Shown here: positions 39,133 through 53,209 of the stretch, one piece after another
Position numbering within the stretch: the stretch's first letter is position 1
Layout of the letters: each line of letters starts with the position of its first letter
NCBI GenBank assembly: GCA_030265395.1
Contig: JARFYF010000062.1
Span: forward strand, 959,135-1,023,134
DNA length: 64,000 nt
DNA from: Rhina ancylostomus
Taxonomy: Eukaryota
Direction of reading: 5' to 3'
Translations under genes and position numbers: made by a program
The notes under the pieces: model-generated
The model's database searches: none
Seen by the model: the letters and a program-made list of their open reading frames with translations, nothing else
What the model was told of the DNA's origin: nothing

Positions 39133-39208
39133 CGCACTCAGGAAAGCTGAGACAATGCACTGTCCCAGTGCCAGATGCTGGCTCAGTGCCCCACAACATT
39201 TGCCTTAC

Positions 39209-39554
39209 CTGCACACATGGTCAGTTTTGCAGGTCTGATGGAGCGCCAGGCAGTTTGGCTTCTCCTTGCTTTCATACGAGCACGTGGGCACGATTGTCTG
39301 CCGGCGCCTCTCCGCACAGGCTGGGTCATTGCAGGAGCAGAAGAGCAGCCGGTAACTGTACTCCGCGGGCACCCGGTCGAAGAACTGTCTCAGGGTCTTG
39401 TGGCACCTTCGGCGGCTGCAAGAGTCAGTAGGTGAGGTGTGCTTGATGCAGGTGGAGATGTATATCGAGCGGTACCTCTTGCAGGTGTCATTCAGATTGC
39501 AGGCCTTGGCTGCGTCCAAGCACTGGTTTCCCCGTGCTCCAGCGGGTTCCATTC
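39209..39554 (-). CDS. Internal coding exon of a GDNF family receptor alpha gene (GFRA2/GFRA4-like; paralog unresolved), covering domain 2 and the start of domain 3
   Basis: Translates to (G)[35 protein letters not shown]...[66 protein letters not shown], with the GFRA hallmarks [28 protein letters not shown] and KPNCL. Minus-strand acceptor cttcttctcctttcccttttgtgcag|GA and donor AG|gtaagg; phase 1 in, phase 2 out, as in the vertebrate GFRA1/2 domain-2 exon. Confidence 0.96.
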
Positions 39555-40844
39555 CTGCACAAAAGGGAAAGGAGAAGAAGTCAGGGTTCGGAAACTGGGA
39601 ACAGACTCCAGGAAGCTTTGTGAAATCCTAAACCACAGTCCAGCTTTTGACACAGTACTGCCAGGAATTACAAATGCTCTCATGTGGATCCCAGGCAGCT
39701 TCAACAAGACAGAGAGAAGCCAGGTTTTGGTTGACATTAAGTTCTGCTGCTAAATGTTTTGGTGACTTTCCTGGTCAGTCAAGGATGTCCACATTTTTGC
39801 AGGTGGGTCGCAAAACCTGCAATAAATCACGACGACAAGTTGGTGCTTCGTTGGATTGTTCTGTTTGAATCTTTACCTACCAGTGCATAGAACTATGGCA
39901 CAGAATCAGGCCTCTTGGCCACTCCATTCTGTTACCAACAATGCCAGCTTTTCTGCTGCTTATCAGACTTCTCTGTCCCCCTCCCCATCCCCGTCACCAT
40001 CCCCTGCTACTCTCTCTCTGTCTTGGGTTTATCCAGATGCTCCTTTCATGTATCTCTGCTGTTCAAGCACTCCTTGCGAAGGCAAGTTCCATATTCTCAC
40101 CACTCTAAGTAAAGCTTCTCCTGATTTTTTGCTGTTCAGCTTATATTGATGGCTGCTAGTTTTGATGGAAGCAGACTCTTTCTTTCCATTCTGTCAAAAG
40201 CTTTCCAAATATTAGCTCTGAAAGAAGGTTTGACACAGCCTGGTCATCTTTTATCATGGGTTTAACTTTGATTTTGGATATAATCTTTGTTCAAACAGAT
40301 TTTTTGGAAGTGTAAAAGCTCTTTATATCAACACCAGTGTTGCCCTCAGGGTGTCGTACTCTCAGTGTCACAGTACATACACATAACCCTGATCTCGAGG
40401 GTAACTGCTTAGTCACCTGTCCCAAAAGTACTTGGCTCAAGGGCACAAGTGGCTACCCTACCAGAGGAGAGTGCAGTACTTGTCCACACTTGGTCTGAGG
40501 CTCCCCTGGCATGTTATCAGCCTTGAGTAGAAACACCAGGAGTCACATTTAATCACATTTCCAAAGGGAAAATCCTGTGGATGTTGCCAAACCATCTTTT
40601 ACAAGCATGAAAACACGAGGGCATCTCATCCAAAACTGGCGCTCCCTACCATGCAGCACTTCCCGAGTACTTAACTGGAGCCAGGATTGTGTGCTAACAT
40701 CTATGGACAACCTTCAGTTTTAGAGGTGGGATTTAAAGGAAAGTGATTTGAACATCGCTTTTTAAGATGGGACTAAATTGGAGCTTGCCTCGTGAGTTTG
40801 TCATATCCACCTCATGCCGTATGCTGTTGCATTGAGTAGAAATG

Positions 40845-42545
40845 AATAAAAACAGGAGCAGGAATTGACCATTTGGATCTTTGAGTGTGCTCCATCATTC
40901 AATATGATCACGCTGACCATCTACCTCAATGCCATATCCTCTCTTCCCATACTCCTTGATGCCTCTTATGTCTAGAAATCTATTACCTTCTTCTCAAATA
41001 TATTCAGTGGCAGCCTCGCCAGCCTTGAATTCCACAGGTCGAAGTGAAGAAATTTCTCCTCAGCTTGGTGCTAAATCCTGAGACTGTGACTCTTGGTGTT
41101 AGGCCCCTACATCCAGGCTGTCAAACCCTGATAGAATTTGGTATGTTTCATTCCTCTAAGCTTTGGTGAATACAGACCCAGTCAATGCAATCTCTCATCA
41201 CATGCAGTCCTACCATCCCAGGACTCAGTCTGGTGAACCTTTAGTTGCTCTCCCTCCATGACAAGTTTATCCTTTCTTGGGTAAGGAGGCTAAAACTACA
41301 CACAATACTCCAGGCACAGACTCACCAAGGCCCTGAGGGTTGTAGCAACATGTCCTTGATAACCTCTTGCAACAAAGGCCAACATTCCATTTGGTTTCTT
41401 ACCATCTTGCTGTGCCCTCATGTCTTCTTGGGATGACTGGTGTGTGAGTGCCTTTGTTTAACATTTCCCAATCTAGCACTATATTTCATAATGACATAGA
41501 GGAAAGTCGATCAACCCATCGAGTCCATGCTGGCTCTCAGAGCATTCCTAACATTCTCATTCTACTACTTATTTCCGTAACCCATTTCTTTCACGTGCCC
41601 ATACACCAGGGTTAATTTACAGTAACCAATTAACCAACAATCCAGTATGTCCTTGGGATGTGGCAGAGCATCCAGAGGAAACCCAAACAGCTACAGGAAG
41701 GCCATGCAACCTCCGCAAAGGGAGCTCCATAGGTTCCAGACTGAGGTGGGTTGCTGCAGCTGGCCTTTGCATCCCTGCGCTGATCATTCAGATTATATTC
41801 TGCCTTTCTGCTTCCCCTACCTGGATAACCTTCTATTTGTCCACATTATGCTACATCTGCCCTGTATTTGACCACTCACTCAACTTGTCTAAGTTGTCTT
41901 GAAGCCTCTTTGCATCATCCTCACAGCTCACAACACCACCGATTGGCAAACTTGGAAACACTCTGAGATATAGTCCCCCTCTCCTCTTTATTACTAACTA
42001 TTCCCCTCCCCATTCTCAGTCCTGATGCAGGGTTTTGACCTGAAACATTGATAATTCCCTTCCTTCCCACAGATGCTGCTCGACCTGCTGAGTTCCTCCA
42101 GCAGATTGTTTGTTGCTCCAGATTCCAGCATCTACAGTCTCTTGTGTATCCTTGGAAATATTACATCTGGTTTTCTTATCCAAGTACTGATACATATTAT
42201 GCAGTGCTAACCCAAACCCTTCTCTCTGCAATACCCACTAGTCATTGCCTAAATTCCAAAATAAAACTATTTATTTGTTCCATCAACCAATTTTTGTCCA
42301 TGCTAATTTAATACCTCCAGTCCCATGTCTTTGAACACACTAAACTCTTATGTGGTGTGTTTGAAAATCCACAGGTTCTGCCCAATCTATTATGCCCATT
42401 GCATTCTCAATAAAATTCTGGAGCTTTTCCTATCATAAATCCAAGCTGACTTTGTCTAAACCCATTAATATTTTTCAAGTGTCAGTCCCACATCCTTTAT
42501 AATAGACTCTAGGAACCAATGTGAGGCAAACTGGTCTGTAGTTCA
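40845..42545 (-). mobile_element. Old CR1 (-) with a nested V-SINE (~41500-41770) and a Penelope-type arm (42016-42150)
   Basis: gaagtgaagaaatttctcc, aaactacacacaatactccagg; gggatgtgg..ccagaggaaaccca; cagtcctgatgcagggttttgacctgaaac. Confidence 0.6.
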
Positions 42546-44780
42546 CTTTTGTCTCATTCACACTTTTTTTAAACTCCCAGTGTTTCACTCTGTCCTTGAG
42601 TGGGAGGGTGATGTAGATCTTGTTGAAATAATGTGACCCTGTTTAACATGAGGAACAGTCATACTTAAATGCTCTTTAAATTTCACGTTTTCACATAGAT
42701 ATAATTGGTCCAGATTCGCTTGAGTCAGTAACTTCATTNNNNNNNNNNCCTCTGAGAATAAAATACACTACAACTCAGTTATAAAGGTACCAGAAACAAT
42801 TTAGCTATCAACAAACACTGAACAATTTTTCACCCCATTTTGCCCTAATGTAGCTACCAAGAGGGCTGATCAAACCTCAGTCTGATACATTGCTCAGTTA
42901 CCTCACCACATTTACATAGCCAGTGTTCGTGGGTGTTCATTGCAAGGAAATAATTTGCTTTCATGCAATAAACGCACCAATACTTGGGTTCAAAGTACAA
43001 TACACTGCGGGGAACATGATAAAGATCTGCCTGTGCTGTTCAGGTGGAAAATTCTAAACTGTGGGAAGAGATGATATGTCCATTGNNNNNNNNNNNNNNN
43101 NNNNNNNNNNNNNNNNNNNNNNNNNNNNNNNNNNNNNNNNNNNNNNNNNNNNNNNNNNNNNNNNNNNNNNNNNNNNNNNNNNNNNNNNNNNNNNNNNNNT
43201 TAAGATATACAATGTTGAGTCCTCCCCCGCCATCGCCCTGGGAATTATCAGTAACCAGAAACTCAACTGGACATAAGTACTGGGATGAGAAGAACAGGTC
43301 AGAGATTCGGTACCCTTTAATGAGTAGCTCAGCTCCTTACACCTGAAAGCCTTTCCATAGAACCATAGAACAATACAGCACAATACAGGCCCTTCGGCCC
43401 ACTGTGTTGTGCCACCAATTATAAGACAGTTTAGGACTCTGATGAAATGCTCTGCACTTGGTTGGAGGAGTGTAGCTGGAACAATGCATAAGAAGCTTGA
43501 CAACATCAAGGATGAATCTCATCCACCGTCCTAAGTATTTGTTTGCCCCTCCAGTAGTGCACCTTGGCAGTAGTTTGCCTCCCCCCCTACAAAATGCACT
43601 GCACCTACTCACCTCAGCTTCTCCAATTGCACTTCTCAAAGTGAACTCTGTTATCAGGAAGGATAGGGCAGCAGGCACATGGGAATGCCAGCTCCTGCAG
43701 ATTCCCCCTCAAGTGGCATCCCATCCTGACTTGGAATGACATTCGCTGCTCCTTCATCATCATCCTGAGGCACTCTACCAGACCACAACACTGCAGTGGT
43801 TCAAGAACGTGCTCCCTATCCCCTTCCCAAAGGAACAAGGGATGGGCAATAGCTGCTGACCTTGCCAGAGACACCTCAATCCCCTAAATGAATTATTACA
43901 AATAGCCAAAGTTTTTTCATATGCTTTCATCACTTTCATTCATTGTCTTACTGGTTGCATTCCACTAGGTCAGCCAAGGTCACCTGAGAAGATTGTGGCA
44001 TCAAACCTTATTTCCTCAGATGAACTCCAAGCACCAAGCTGACAAATCAGTGCTGTGGTTCCACCCTTTATCTGGAATGTTAATGGATTTGTTGGCCCCT
44101 CTCTGCGAATGTAAGTGATCCCAGGGAATGATTTTGAGGATGGTGTGGGGTACAGTTATCACACTGCTGTTGATGGAAGCACAGATTGCAAGAGTGACTA
44201 CAAAGACTACTTTGACTGTGAACTACATTGGGATGTGCTGTAGATGTGAAGTCCTGTTGAAATGTGAGTGCTTTTCCTGCCTTTCCTCTGTGTGTACCAC
44301 TGCTGGACAAATATCCACCAAATCATTTTATATTGGCTAAGGTGTGTGTGCGCAACTTAGACACGTGCCCGCACATACATGCACACATCAACATGCAAAC
44401 AGGTACATACTGTAAATATGCGTGTACACATGCACACCCACATGCACATACAAACAGATGCACCTGTGCACACATACACTCTTACATCAAGAAAATGGTG
44501 CCAGCTGTCTTTGCCTCTATTGTCTGAGATCAGGGTTTAATTTGTCATTGAGTATGTCAGTGAGGTGTGACTGCCTTCCCTGCAACCAGCAACACATTGT
44601 GAGAGTGCAGAGTAAACCCGAGTCACGTTCTTCACCTAAAGATTACAGAAACAGAACATGTTGGTTATTGCTTTGCATCATTAACTGTGAGAAAACATTG
44701 CAAAGATCAATTTTTCAAAATGTTATTAACACAAGTGACAATGTGCTCGGAGGGAATCAACTGACAGAGACCAACTAAGC

Positions 44781-44800
44781 TGTACACCAGGTGGCACTAG
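44781..44800 (+). promoter_or_regulatory. Candidate CTCF binding site
   Basis: tgtACACCAGGTGGCACTag is close to the core CCASYAGRKGGCRS. Confidence 0.4.
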
Positions 44801-44834
44801 AAATGGGGGGATACAGCAGGAGGGATGAGTGGGG

Positions 44835-45310
44835 AGTGGAGACGTCTGGGGCAGAGGAACTGTCAGAGTGGAGACATCTGGGGCAGAGGAACTGTCAGAG
44901 TGGAGACGTCTGGGGGTGAGGAACTGTCAGAGTGGAGGCGTCTGGAGGAGAGGAACTGTCAGAGTGGAGACGTCTGGGGGTGAGGAAGTGTCAGAGTGGA
45001 GGCATCTGGGGCAGAGGAACTGTCAGAGTGGAGACGTCTGGGGGTGAGGAACTGTCAGAGTGGAGGCATCTGGGGCAGAGGAACTGTCAGAGTGGAGACG
45101 TCTGGGGCAGAAGAACTGTCAGAGTGGAGGCGTCTGGGGGAGAGGAACTGTCAGAGGAGGTGTCTGGGGGTGAGGAACTGTCAGAGTGGAGGTGTCTGGG
45201 GCAGAGGAACTGTCAGAGTGGAGACGTCTGGGGCAGAGGAACTGTCAGAGGAGGCGTCTGGGGGAGAGGAACTGTCAGAGTGGAGGCGTCTGGGGGTGAG
45301 GAACTGTCAG
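44835..45310. repeat. 32-bp G-rich minisatellite, about 15 copies
   Basis: (gaggaactgtcagagtggagacgtctggggca)n, period 32. Confidence 0.95.
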
Positions 45311-46244
45311 CAACACTGACTTAGTTTGGCTGCACTCCATTTCCCCGTTCCAACCTGTGCTGGATTCTTTTGCTGGTGGGGGAACACCTAAAGTAATAGA
45401 TTATCAACCAACAGGCTGAAAGTTCAAATCCCAGTTTCAAACTTCAATAGGAGGCAAACACATTTGTGTTTTTAAAGGTGGGAATGCAAAATGACCATGA
45501 AACCTAATCATAAAAGGCCAACTTGCCTGCTTCACTGCAGCCAATGTATGGTTTTGTCCAGCCAGACCTGTGCCATATCCTCAGCTCTTTCTGGTCTGGC
45601 AAACTCAGCGTGGCCACAAACTAGATCTAGGCAGAGGTTACCACAATGCGCACACTCTTGAGCTGCAGGAAAGGTGAAAGGCCACTGACCGGACCACTGA
45701 CTCCAGTCCTCTCGGAGGAGGCTGATCATCTGCATATGACCAATATTCTTGCTTCAAATTTCCAGCAACCCCAGCATTTTACTTCTGAACATTAGGAACA
45801 TTTACACTAAAGCAACACTTCTGCCTCACTGCTCTCCTGAGCGACCAGTCTATCGCTGGTAGGGTAATCTGCACCACGTTTTCACATTCCTGCTAAATAT
45901 TATCAAACAAACATTCTGAATTAAAAGTTCTGCCCACGAGGGATGTTTGCACTCAGTGGAGCACCAAGTGTGGCCAAGCTTCTACACTCTTCCCTTTCCA
46001 GCACTGACAGATGTTTTGAATTAAACATCATAAAAGACTTCAACTGCTCACTGTTTGATTCCACAAATATCAAAGGGCTCAACAGTTGTTAATGTAGAAA
46101 AATAATCTTCAAGGAAGTATTTGAAGCAAAACTTTGAGATTTGAGCAAAAGCTCATGTGAATCTCAAGGGAGACTGGTCCTTGAGTTTTGTGAGTGTGAG
46201 TTGATGACCTGGGGTGGGATGGGACTTAAACCAGACCTACAGCA

Positions 46245-46795
46245 ATGAGGAGCAAAGAGCAAACTGCTGGAGGAACTCAGCAGGCCGAGCAGCATCTGTG
46301 AAGGAAAGAAACTGTCGGCATTTCAAGTCGAGATTGGGAGTGCAGTGGGAAGGTAGACGGCACAAGGAGGTGAGACAGGGGTTAGAGGTGAATGGTGGAC
46401 TGAGGAGGGGTGAAGGGTGATGGGCAGTGGGAGTGAGATGGATGGTGGAGTTGGGAGACAGGCAGGGTGATAGGTGGAAGGAAAGGCTGGTGTGGGGAGN
46501 NNNNNNNNNNNNNNNNNNNNNNNNNNNNNNNNNNNNNNNNNNNNNNNNNNNNNNNNNNNNNNNNNNNNNNNNNNNNNNNNNNNNNNNNNNNNNNNNNNNN
46601 NNNNNNNNNNNNNNNNNNNNNNNNNNNNNNNNNNNNNNNNNNNNNNNNNNNNNNNNNNNNNNNNNNNNNNNNNNNNGGTCTCGACCCGAAATGTCAACAA
46701 TGCCTCCCCCCCCCACAGATGCTGTTCGACCCACTGTTCCTCCAGCTGTTTCTCCTTTGCTCCAGATTCCAGCATCTGCAGTCTCTTGTGCCTCC
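46245..46795. mobile_element. Penelope-like palindromic element
   Basis: Left arm ctgctggaggaactcagcaggccgagcagcatctgtg; right arm ggtctcgacccgaaatgtc...acagatgctgttcgaccc...ctccagattccagcatctgcag. Confidence 0.75.
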
Positions 46796-49700
46796 TACAA
46801 ATGAGGGTCTGCAAACAACAATTTGCAGTTATATATTACCACAAAGTTGTTTCAAGATGCTTCAGAGTAGAGTAAGCAAAGGAAAACAGACACCCAAGGC
46901 ACCAAAAACTGAGCCAGGAAATGGTAAGTTTTATGGAGAGTTTTGGAGGGGCAGAGACATTCAGCAAAGGAATTCCAGGGGCTTTGGTCACAGAAAATAC
47001 AGCTGCCAATAGTAGATGATCAAGTAGTCCGAACTGGAGAAGTTGCAGGGCGGAAGAAAGCATGGTGAGCGGTGAGACCGTAGAGGGATTAGAAAGCAAG
47101 GAAGAAAAACTTTATATGTTGCTCAACCAAGGAAGGTCTTCTGAAGTGTGAACACAACTGTGTGGGAGCCAGGAGATGGGCAGCAGAACCTTGGATGATT
47201 TCAAGTAGACTCTATCTGAAGGGTAGCAAACAGAGTGTATGACTGTAAGTACAAGACTCTCACATACAAACATTGGCATTTATCTAACATCGTGAAGAAT
47301 GCCAGTCATGTTCAGCAGTACCATCACTCGGCATGGTTGATGAGGGAGTTACCAAATCACCTCCATTCCAGTCAAACCTTGTGCCAATATATAAGCCAGG
47401 ATAAACACAGTTTTTGGCCTCAGTGTCATTACACAAACAACAATTGTTATTTAGAAGAGCTGATCCTATTTAAATGTATGATTCAAAGCACCTGTTAATC
47501 CTGGAACATGATGATTATAAAACTTAGGGCAAACATTCCGATTGGGCCAGTTTAAGTTGAGGATTTTTGTACAGTAACTTTGGCGGATGGGTTGAATGGA
47601 AAAACATGTTCTACTGTCGCGATGGGACCAGTCCGTCGGGAGAGCAGTGAAGTAGAACTGTTGGGCTTTGCTTCTTCAGATGGGACATCAGATCCCCTCA
47701 GGAGGGTGTGCCTCTAGTTTTGAGATAAGAACAATTATACTTTCCCAGTGAACTGCATATTGTTTATCCTTAGAACAAGATCATTAAACCAAATGATCTG
47801 GTCATTTTCACATTGCCATTTGCGAAAGCTGCTGAGTGCTTGAGTCCGTCATGTACGTGGAGGTTGCCGACTCTTGGTGATGGCCACTTCTATCTATGAC
47901 CATTTCTAGCAGATAGCATGAGCTTCAGACCAAGGTTATACACTTCACTGCACATTTGCAACAACTAACACATCTGCTTATATCATGCGTGTGACAACAT
48001 CCCTTGTACATTTGACTTATTTACATATTTGCATGCAAATATACCACACTATTTCCCTCTTTTACAACAAATACAGACTATATCTGTTAACGGTTTTCTT
48101 CAGACACAAACTCCAACTGTATTCAAGCCTCTGGCATTGCAGTTACTTCTTGGTCTGAAGACGTGTGACTCAGGTCATTGTCAACCTGTGTGTCTTCATC
48201 ACTAATTGGTTCCATATCCACCTCTAGAAACATCACTGTTTCTCCCATGCCCTCTAGTTGTAATCATTTGGTCATTTACGATCTGTACTCTGCTTCACAC
48301 AAGACATTGTTTGGGCTCTTTTAACTGCCTCATCAGTATCCCATCTCTGTGCCATACTTACACCACTCTCCCTGCTGCCTGAACTAATTCTCTTCTCCTC
48401 TTCCCAATGTGCTGATAGCATGTGAATTATAGTTTTGTCTGTTTCAGCTGCTCCTTCCACTCTCCTCCAAGCAGCAGAAACTCAAATGTAACAGTTCACA
48501 TGCCTTCGGTAGAGCAGGGCACTATGCAATACTTGAACAATGATCCATGGCTAGACTTTGGTAACTTCGGAAAATTTGTCTCTACAAGTTTTCCTTAAGA
48601 ACATATCCTGAGCTTCCAGCTTCACTGTTGGAAGGGCTGGGTGGTGTGGAGAAATTAATGGATTGTGTTGCTCCTCGTAAAGCAGTCAAACATATGATGT
48701 GAACTGAGGTCCCTTATCTGACACATATTCAGTGTAGCATGGCCTTTGAAAATCAGCTTCCAATTCTCAAATGCACATTCTGCTGTGGTGCATGACTCCG
48801 TGCCTAACTTAAATCCCTTCAGAGTACATGAAGTCTGGAAAGTCATTGTTGCTATTCTGACAAAAATTGATGTGAAGTTTCTGAAATGGTTGTGTCAGCC
48901 ACCTCCATATCTGTAAGGGCATCCTCGGTGCCTTTGTACCCACTGATAGCAGACTGTACATGTTGACAATAAATCTTTTAGACCTTTATTAATAACTAGC
49001 CAGTGTGCGAGCTTCTGTCAATAGCCTTCATACCTACAATGTTCTGGATGTAATTCATCTCAGATCTATCTTATAGAATTATTAAATGGTTACAACACAG
49101 AAGGAGGCCATTTGGCCATATGTCTGTGTTGGCTCTCCCAGTACTCCCTCATCCCAGGAACCATTCTGCTAAATCTTTTGTGGATCTGTCTAATGCCTGC
49201 ACATTCCTCCTGTAATGTGATGGACAGAATTGAATGCGTAGTTCTCTTGAGGCCAGACCAGTGTTATATAGACAATGCTTTAACATAACCTCCCTGCTTT
49301 TATACTCTGTCTCTTATTACTAAAGTGCAGAATAGTGTATGCCCCATTGATCACTTTCTCAATGCCTTGCCACCTTGTGCACATATGGTCCCAGATCCCT
49401 CTGCTCCTTTACCACTTTTAGGACAGAATCCTTCATTCTACATACAGTATCTTCTCAGGACATTGCTGATTGTTATTCTATGTCCTCATTTCAGACATCC
49501 TTGATCCCAAACATTTTGAAACTTCTGGTGTAAATTGGTGGGAGGCCCATACTTGGACCTTTATCCGAATTGGTCCAGCCTTTGAGAAGATCAATACTGA
49601 ACTGTGTGGTGACAATGGGATAACGTGTTCATCCATCTCTACTTCCAGGAGCCTGCCGAGGTTGGAGGTGCTGATTTGGATCAAGAGTTGTTAATGGAGG

Positions 49701-50089
49701 TTGTGATCCGAAACTACAGTGAGAGAAACCACTGAAACTTCAGTTTAACAACAATAACTGAACCTTCTTTCTCTACCCATTCATTTCTGTTTAAAGTGTG
49801 AGACACAGATTGTGTTAGCTTCTCCCGCGTATGACGGTAACAGCACCCACTCTATCGTTTGAGGCATCACACATGAGCTTCAGTATCATTATCCCATCAT
49901 AATGTAACAGGGACTTGCTGCTAAATCTTGTGTATGTAAGTGAATGGCTCTCTGCTGGTCACGCTGTCCCTGTTCTTCGTTTCTTTTCAGGTATTGGTGC
50001 AGCACATAGGCTCTATTGCTAAATCCAGTGATACTACATTGACCCACATCTGCAGATGATCTGAAACCCAGCACACTTTCTGATTTCAT

Positions 50090-50700
50090 AGAGTTCATAG
50101 CTCAGAGAGTGATACAAAACGGAATCAGGCCCGTTGGCCCAACTGGTCCATACCGACCAAGGTAACCCTTCCAATCTCGTCCCATTTGCCAGCATTTGGC
50201 CCAGAACCTCTGAAACCTTTCTAATCCATGTACCTGTCCACCTGTCTTTTAAAAGTTGTTATTGTACCAGCCTCAACCACTTCCTCTGGCAGCTCATTCC
50301 ATATATTGGCCACCCTTTGCATAAAAAAGATGTTCCTCAAATTCCTATTAAATCTTTCCCCTCCCACCTTAAACCTACGCCCTCTAGTTCTTGATTCCCC
50401 AACCCTGGGAAAAGGATTGTGTGCATTCACCCTCTCTATGCACCTTATGATTTTATACACCTCTATAAGATCATCTCTCAGTCTCCTATGCTCCAAGGAA
50501 TAAATTCCTAGCCTGTCCAACCTCTCCCTATAACTCAGTCCCTCAAATCCTGGCAATGTCCTTGTAAATCTTTGCCGTACTCTTTCCAGGTTGGTGACAT
50601 CTTTCCTGGAGCAGGACAACCAAAACTGAACACAATACTTCAAGTATGACCTCACCAGCATCCTGTACAACTGCACTGTGACCTCCCAACTTTTATACTC
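50090..50700 (-). mobile_element. Well-preserved CR1 LINE 3' end
   Basis: ORF LYRMLVRSYLKYCVQFW...LERVRQRFTR...LRDDLIEVYKII...QRVANIWNELPEEVVEAG plus tail. Confidence 0.92.
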
Positions 50701-52509
50701 TTCTATTTCTTTTCTTTAAACTTTTGTTTCTTTGCTTTTGTAATGGCTTCAACTTTGTCCATGAAGTGATGCAAAGCATTGGTGTCCTCCTTTAACCTGG
50801 TTGGTTAAAGGCACGTTTACTTTGTTTCATGTTATGGTGACATTATCTTTTAAGAACTTCCTCTAAAATGTGATTATCTTCCTCAGTAGTTGCAGCAATG
50901 AGGTCACCTTGGTTTAAGGGGCATATATTTATGTCCTGTTTGTTTGCAACTGGAAAACTTTTAGTAAAGACTAAATTGCAGCACTTTAGGATAACAGTAG
51001 TGATATCTATGTACATTAATCATGAGGTAACATGGGTTCTCTTTGTCAACATTTAATTAAGCATACATGTACATTAAGTCTGACTTGTGAAGAATGTGAC
51101 TTCTACCAATTATGCATAAAAGATCTTGCAATGCCAGGAAATGGAACTGCTCATCATTAACAATCTAGCTGAGGTTCACTTTTTAGTCACTTCATTATCT
51201 AACAGTATTGTTAGATTACCACAGTTAGATTGCCTATTTACTGAGTTGCTTTCATTTGGAGTCCATTTTTGGCTAACTTGTGTGGTTCTTTCACCTGCCT
51301 TTTTGGCAAAGGTGGCACTGATCAATGTTCACAATGTACTGCTTTCAATCAGGCTTAAAGCCATTGATGCCAGTATAAGCATTCCTAAAGATTTCTTTAT
51401 ACTTGTTTAATAGTCTTTAAAGTGTGATTTCACAGCATCTATTTTACATAAACATGATTTTTTGAATTATATTTGGTTTTCTTAGCCAATCTTTGTCTAG
51501 TAACATTATCCACCACTTCATCAGCTATGACCACTGGCAATTCTAATTGTTAGCTCCCAATGCACACCTTGTGTTGTACTGAACCTCATGCCTTCAGAAC
51601 TTCACCCAGATGTGCCTTGACAGTAACTGAACTTTCTGTAAAAAGGTTGATGAATGAATTTCCTATGGTAGATATCTCAAGATATCTCCACGCTTGATAG
51701 AACAATGCACTGTTGTGTACCACAGCCTCGTCATTTGTACCTTTATCATGAAACCATCTCACCGTTTCCACTAATGGTGTAAATGGTACACAAGCCTGGT
51801 TCTACTGCAGTGGGATCAGCTTTGATGTAATGCAGGTTCCCTCTCAGTACTTTTCTAGCAGAGATTTTCTGTCACAATGTGCAGCAAACACATTGACATC
51901 ACTGCTCTAGTTAGTTGTTCTGTTTGGTCGTACATACCTTTGCTATATTTCCAATGCATATAGAAGTATGTATTCTTCTGGTGCATACCCGACTTTGGCT
52001 CCTTAAAGGAACAGATGTGTGCTGAGTGGCTGTCACTGAATCTGTAGCAAGAACTTTTGCACTTGGTCTCAGGTGGTCTTGACCTTATTTTTAGAATGGA
52101 GCTCTCGCTGCTGCTTGCTAATAATTAGCTGTCTTGGTGATAGACAAAATCCCTTGGCATTTTGATGCCACTTCCAGAGAGATTACAATCTAGTAAAGCA
52201 GGTCAAATGTAAGATTCTTCACCCCCAAAAAAAATTGGACTGAATCTGTTTGTAATTTAAGCCACACATAAATCTATCCCACAGCATGCGGTTTAAGAAC
52301 TCACCAAAGCTGCAAAGTTTGGATAAATTCTACAATGCCANNNNNNNNNNGTAATGCTCTGCAATTTCAACTTCGTTAACTTCACCACCACTTCTCTGAA
52401 TAGAACGTCTTTAGCTTTCTGTGGGGCGACCAGATTAGAGTGTGACGGGTCTCAGAGCCAATCACCATCAATATAAGAGCCCTTCTTATGATCTCATAGC
52501 AACACACAA

Positions 52510-53090
52510 ATTTTCAACATGATCCTAATCTGAGAATATTTTTAGCTGTAAAGTGTGTTTGCATCTTTTGCAGGTCCTTCTTGTCCTCAGGCAGTTCCTC
52601 GGAATTAAAGGTGACTTGCTTCAATCCAGATTTTGGGATGTGTGGTGGCTGTTGAGGCCAGTGCGAGATCTGCAGAATCTTTCCAGGTGGGGGGGGAGCT
52701 GCCTGATGGAGGGTGGGCAGTTTATGAGGTGTGTGCTCTTTCCATCGATGGTGCAGGGCTCTGGTGTTGGGGTTCCCAATACCATCCCAAATGCTCCTTC
52801 CCCATTCTGAAGGGTCGAGCCCAGAAATTCCAAGAATCCAAGGAAATTTTACATTTTTTAAGAAGGCTTTGAGCATATCCTTGATTCCTTTCCTCTGTCT
52901 GCCTGGTAATCACTTCCTGTGCTGGGAATGACCCACTTTTTCGACTGTATGGGGCACCTGATCTTGAGCCACCACTTTGTCCCACTTCCTACCGAAACAG
53001 TGAGACTGTTGCACTCAGAGTTTCTCTTCCCAGTGCTCACTTCTGTGTGCGAGGACTGGCTCAAGCATGATGTGCTAATGGCCTGCTCTA
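52510..53090 (-). mobile_element. RTE-type LINE 3' fragment
   Basis: Minus strand gaagtgattaccaggcagacagaggaaaggaatcaaggatatgctcaaagcc..ttaaaaaatgtaa; same family as 25140-25375. Confidence 0.65.
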
Positions 53091-53209
53091 ATGCTGTGAG
53101 GTTCGCTAATCTAAAGCAAAGAATGACAATTAAAAATGTGATGTGTGGACTGGATCCGGTACTCTGTACCAGATGTTTTATTTATAAACATAAAACAGGA
53201 TGTATCTGG

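Noticed and set aside
39081-39753. Overlapping plus-strand ORFs over the GFRA exon
   Set aside because: Antisense shadows of a GC-rich coding exon.
44829-45324. Repetitive ORFs and a CRISPR-like periodic pattern
   Set aside because: Head-to-tail 32-bp minisatellite with no unique spacers, in a eukaryotic context without cas genes.
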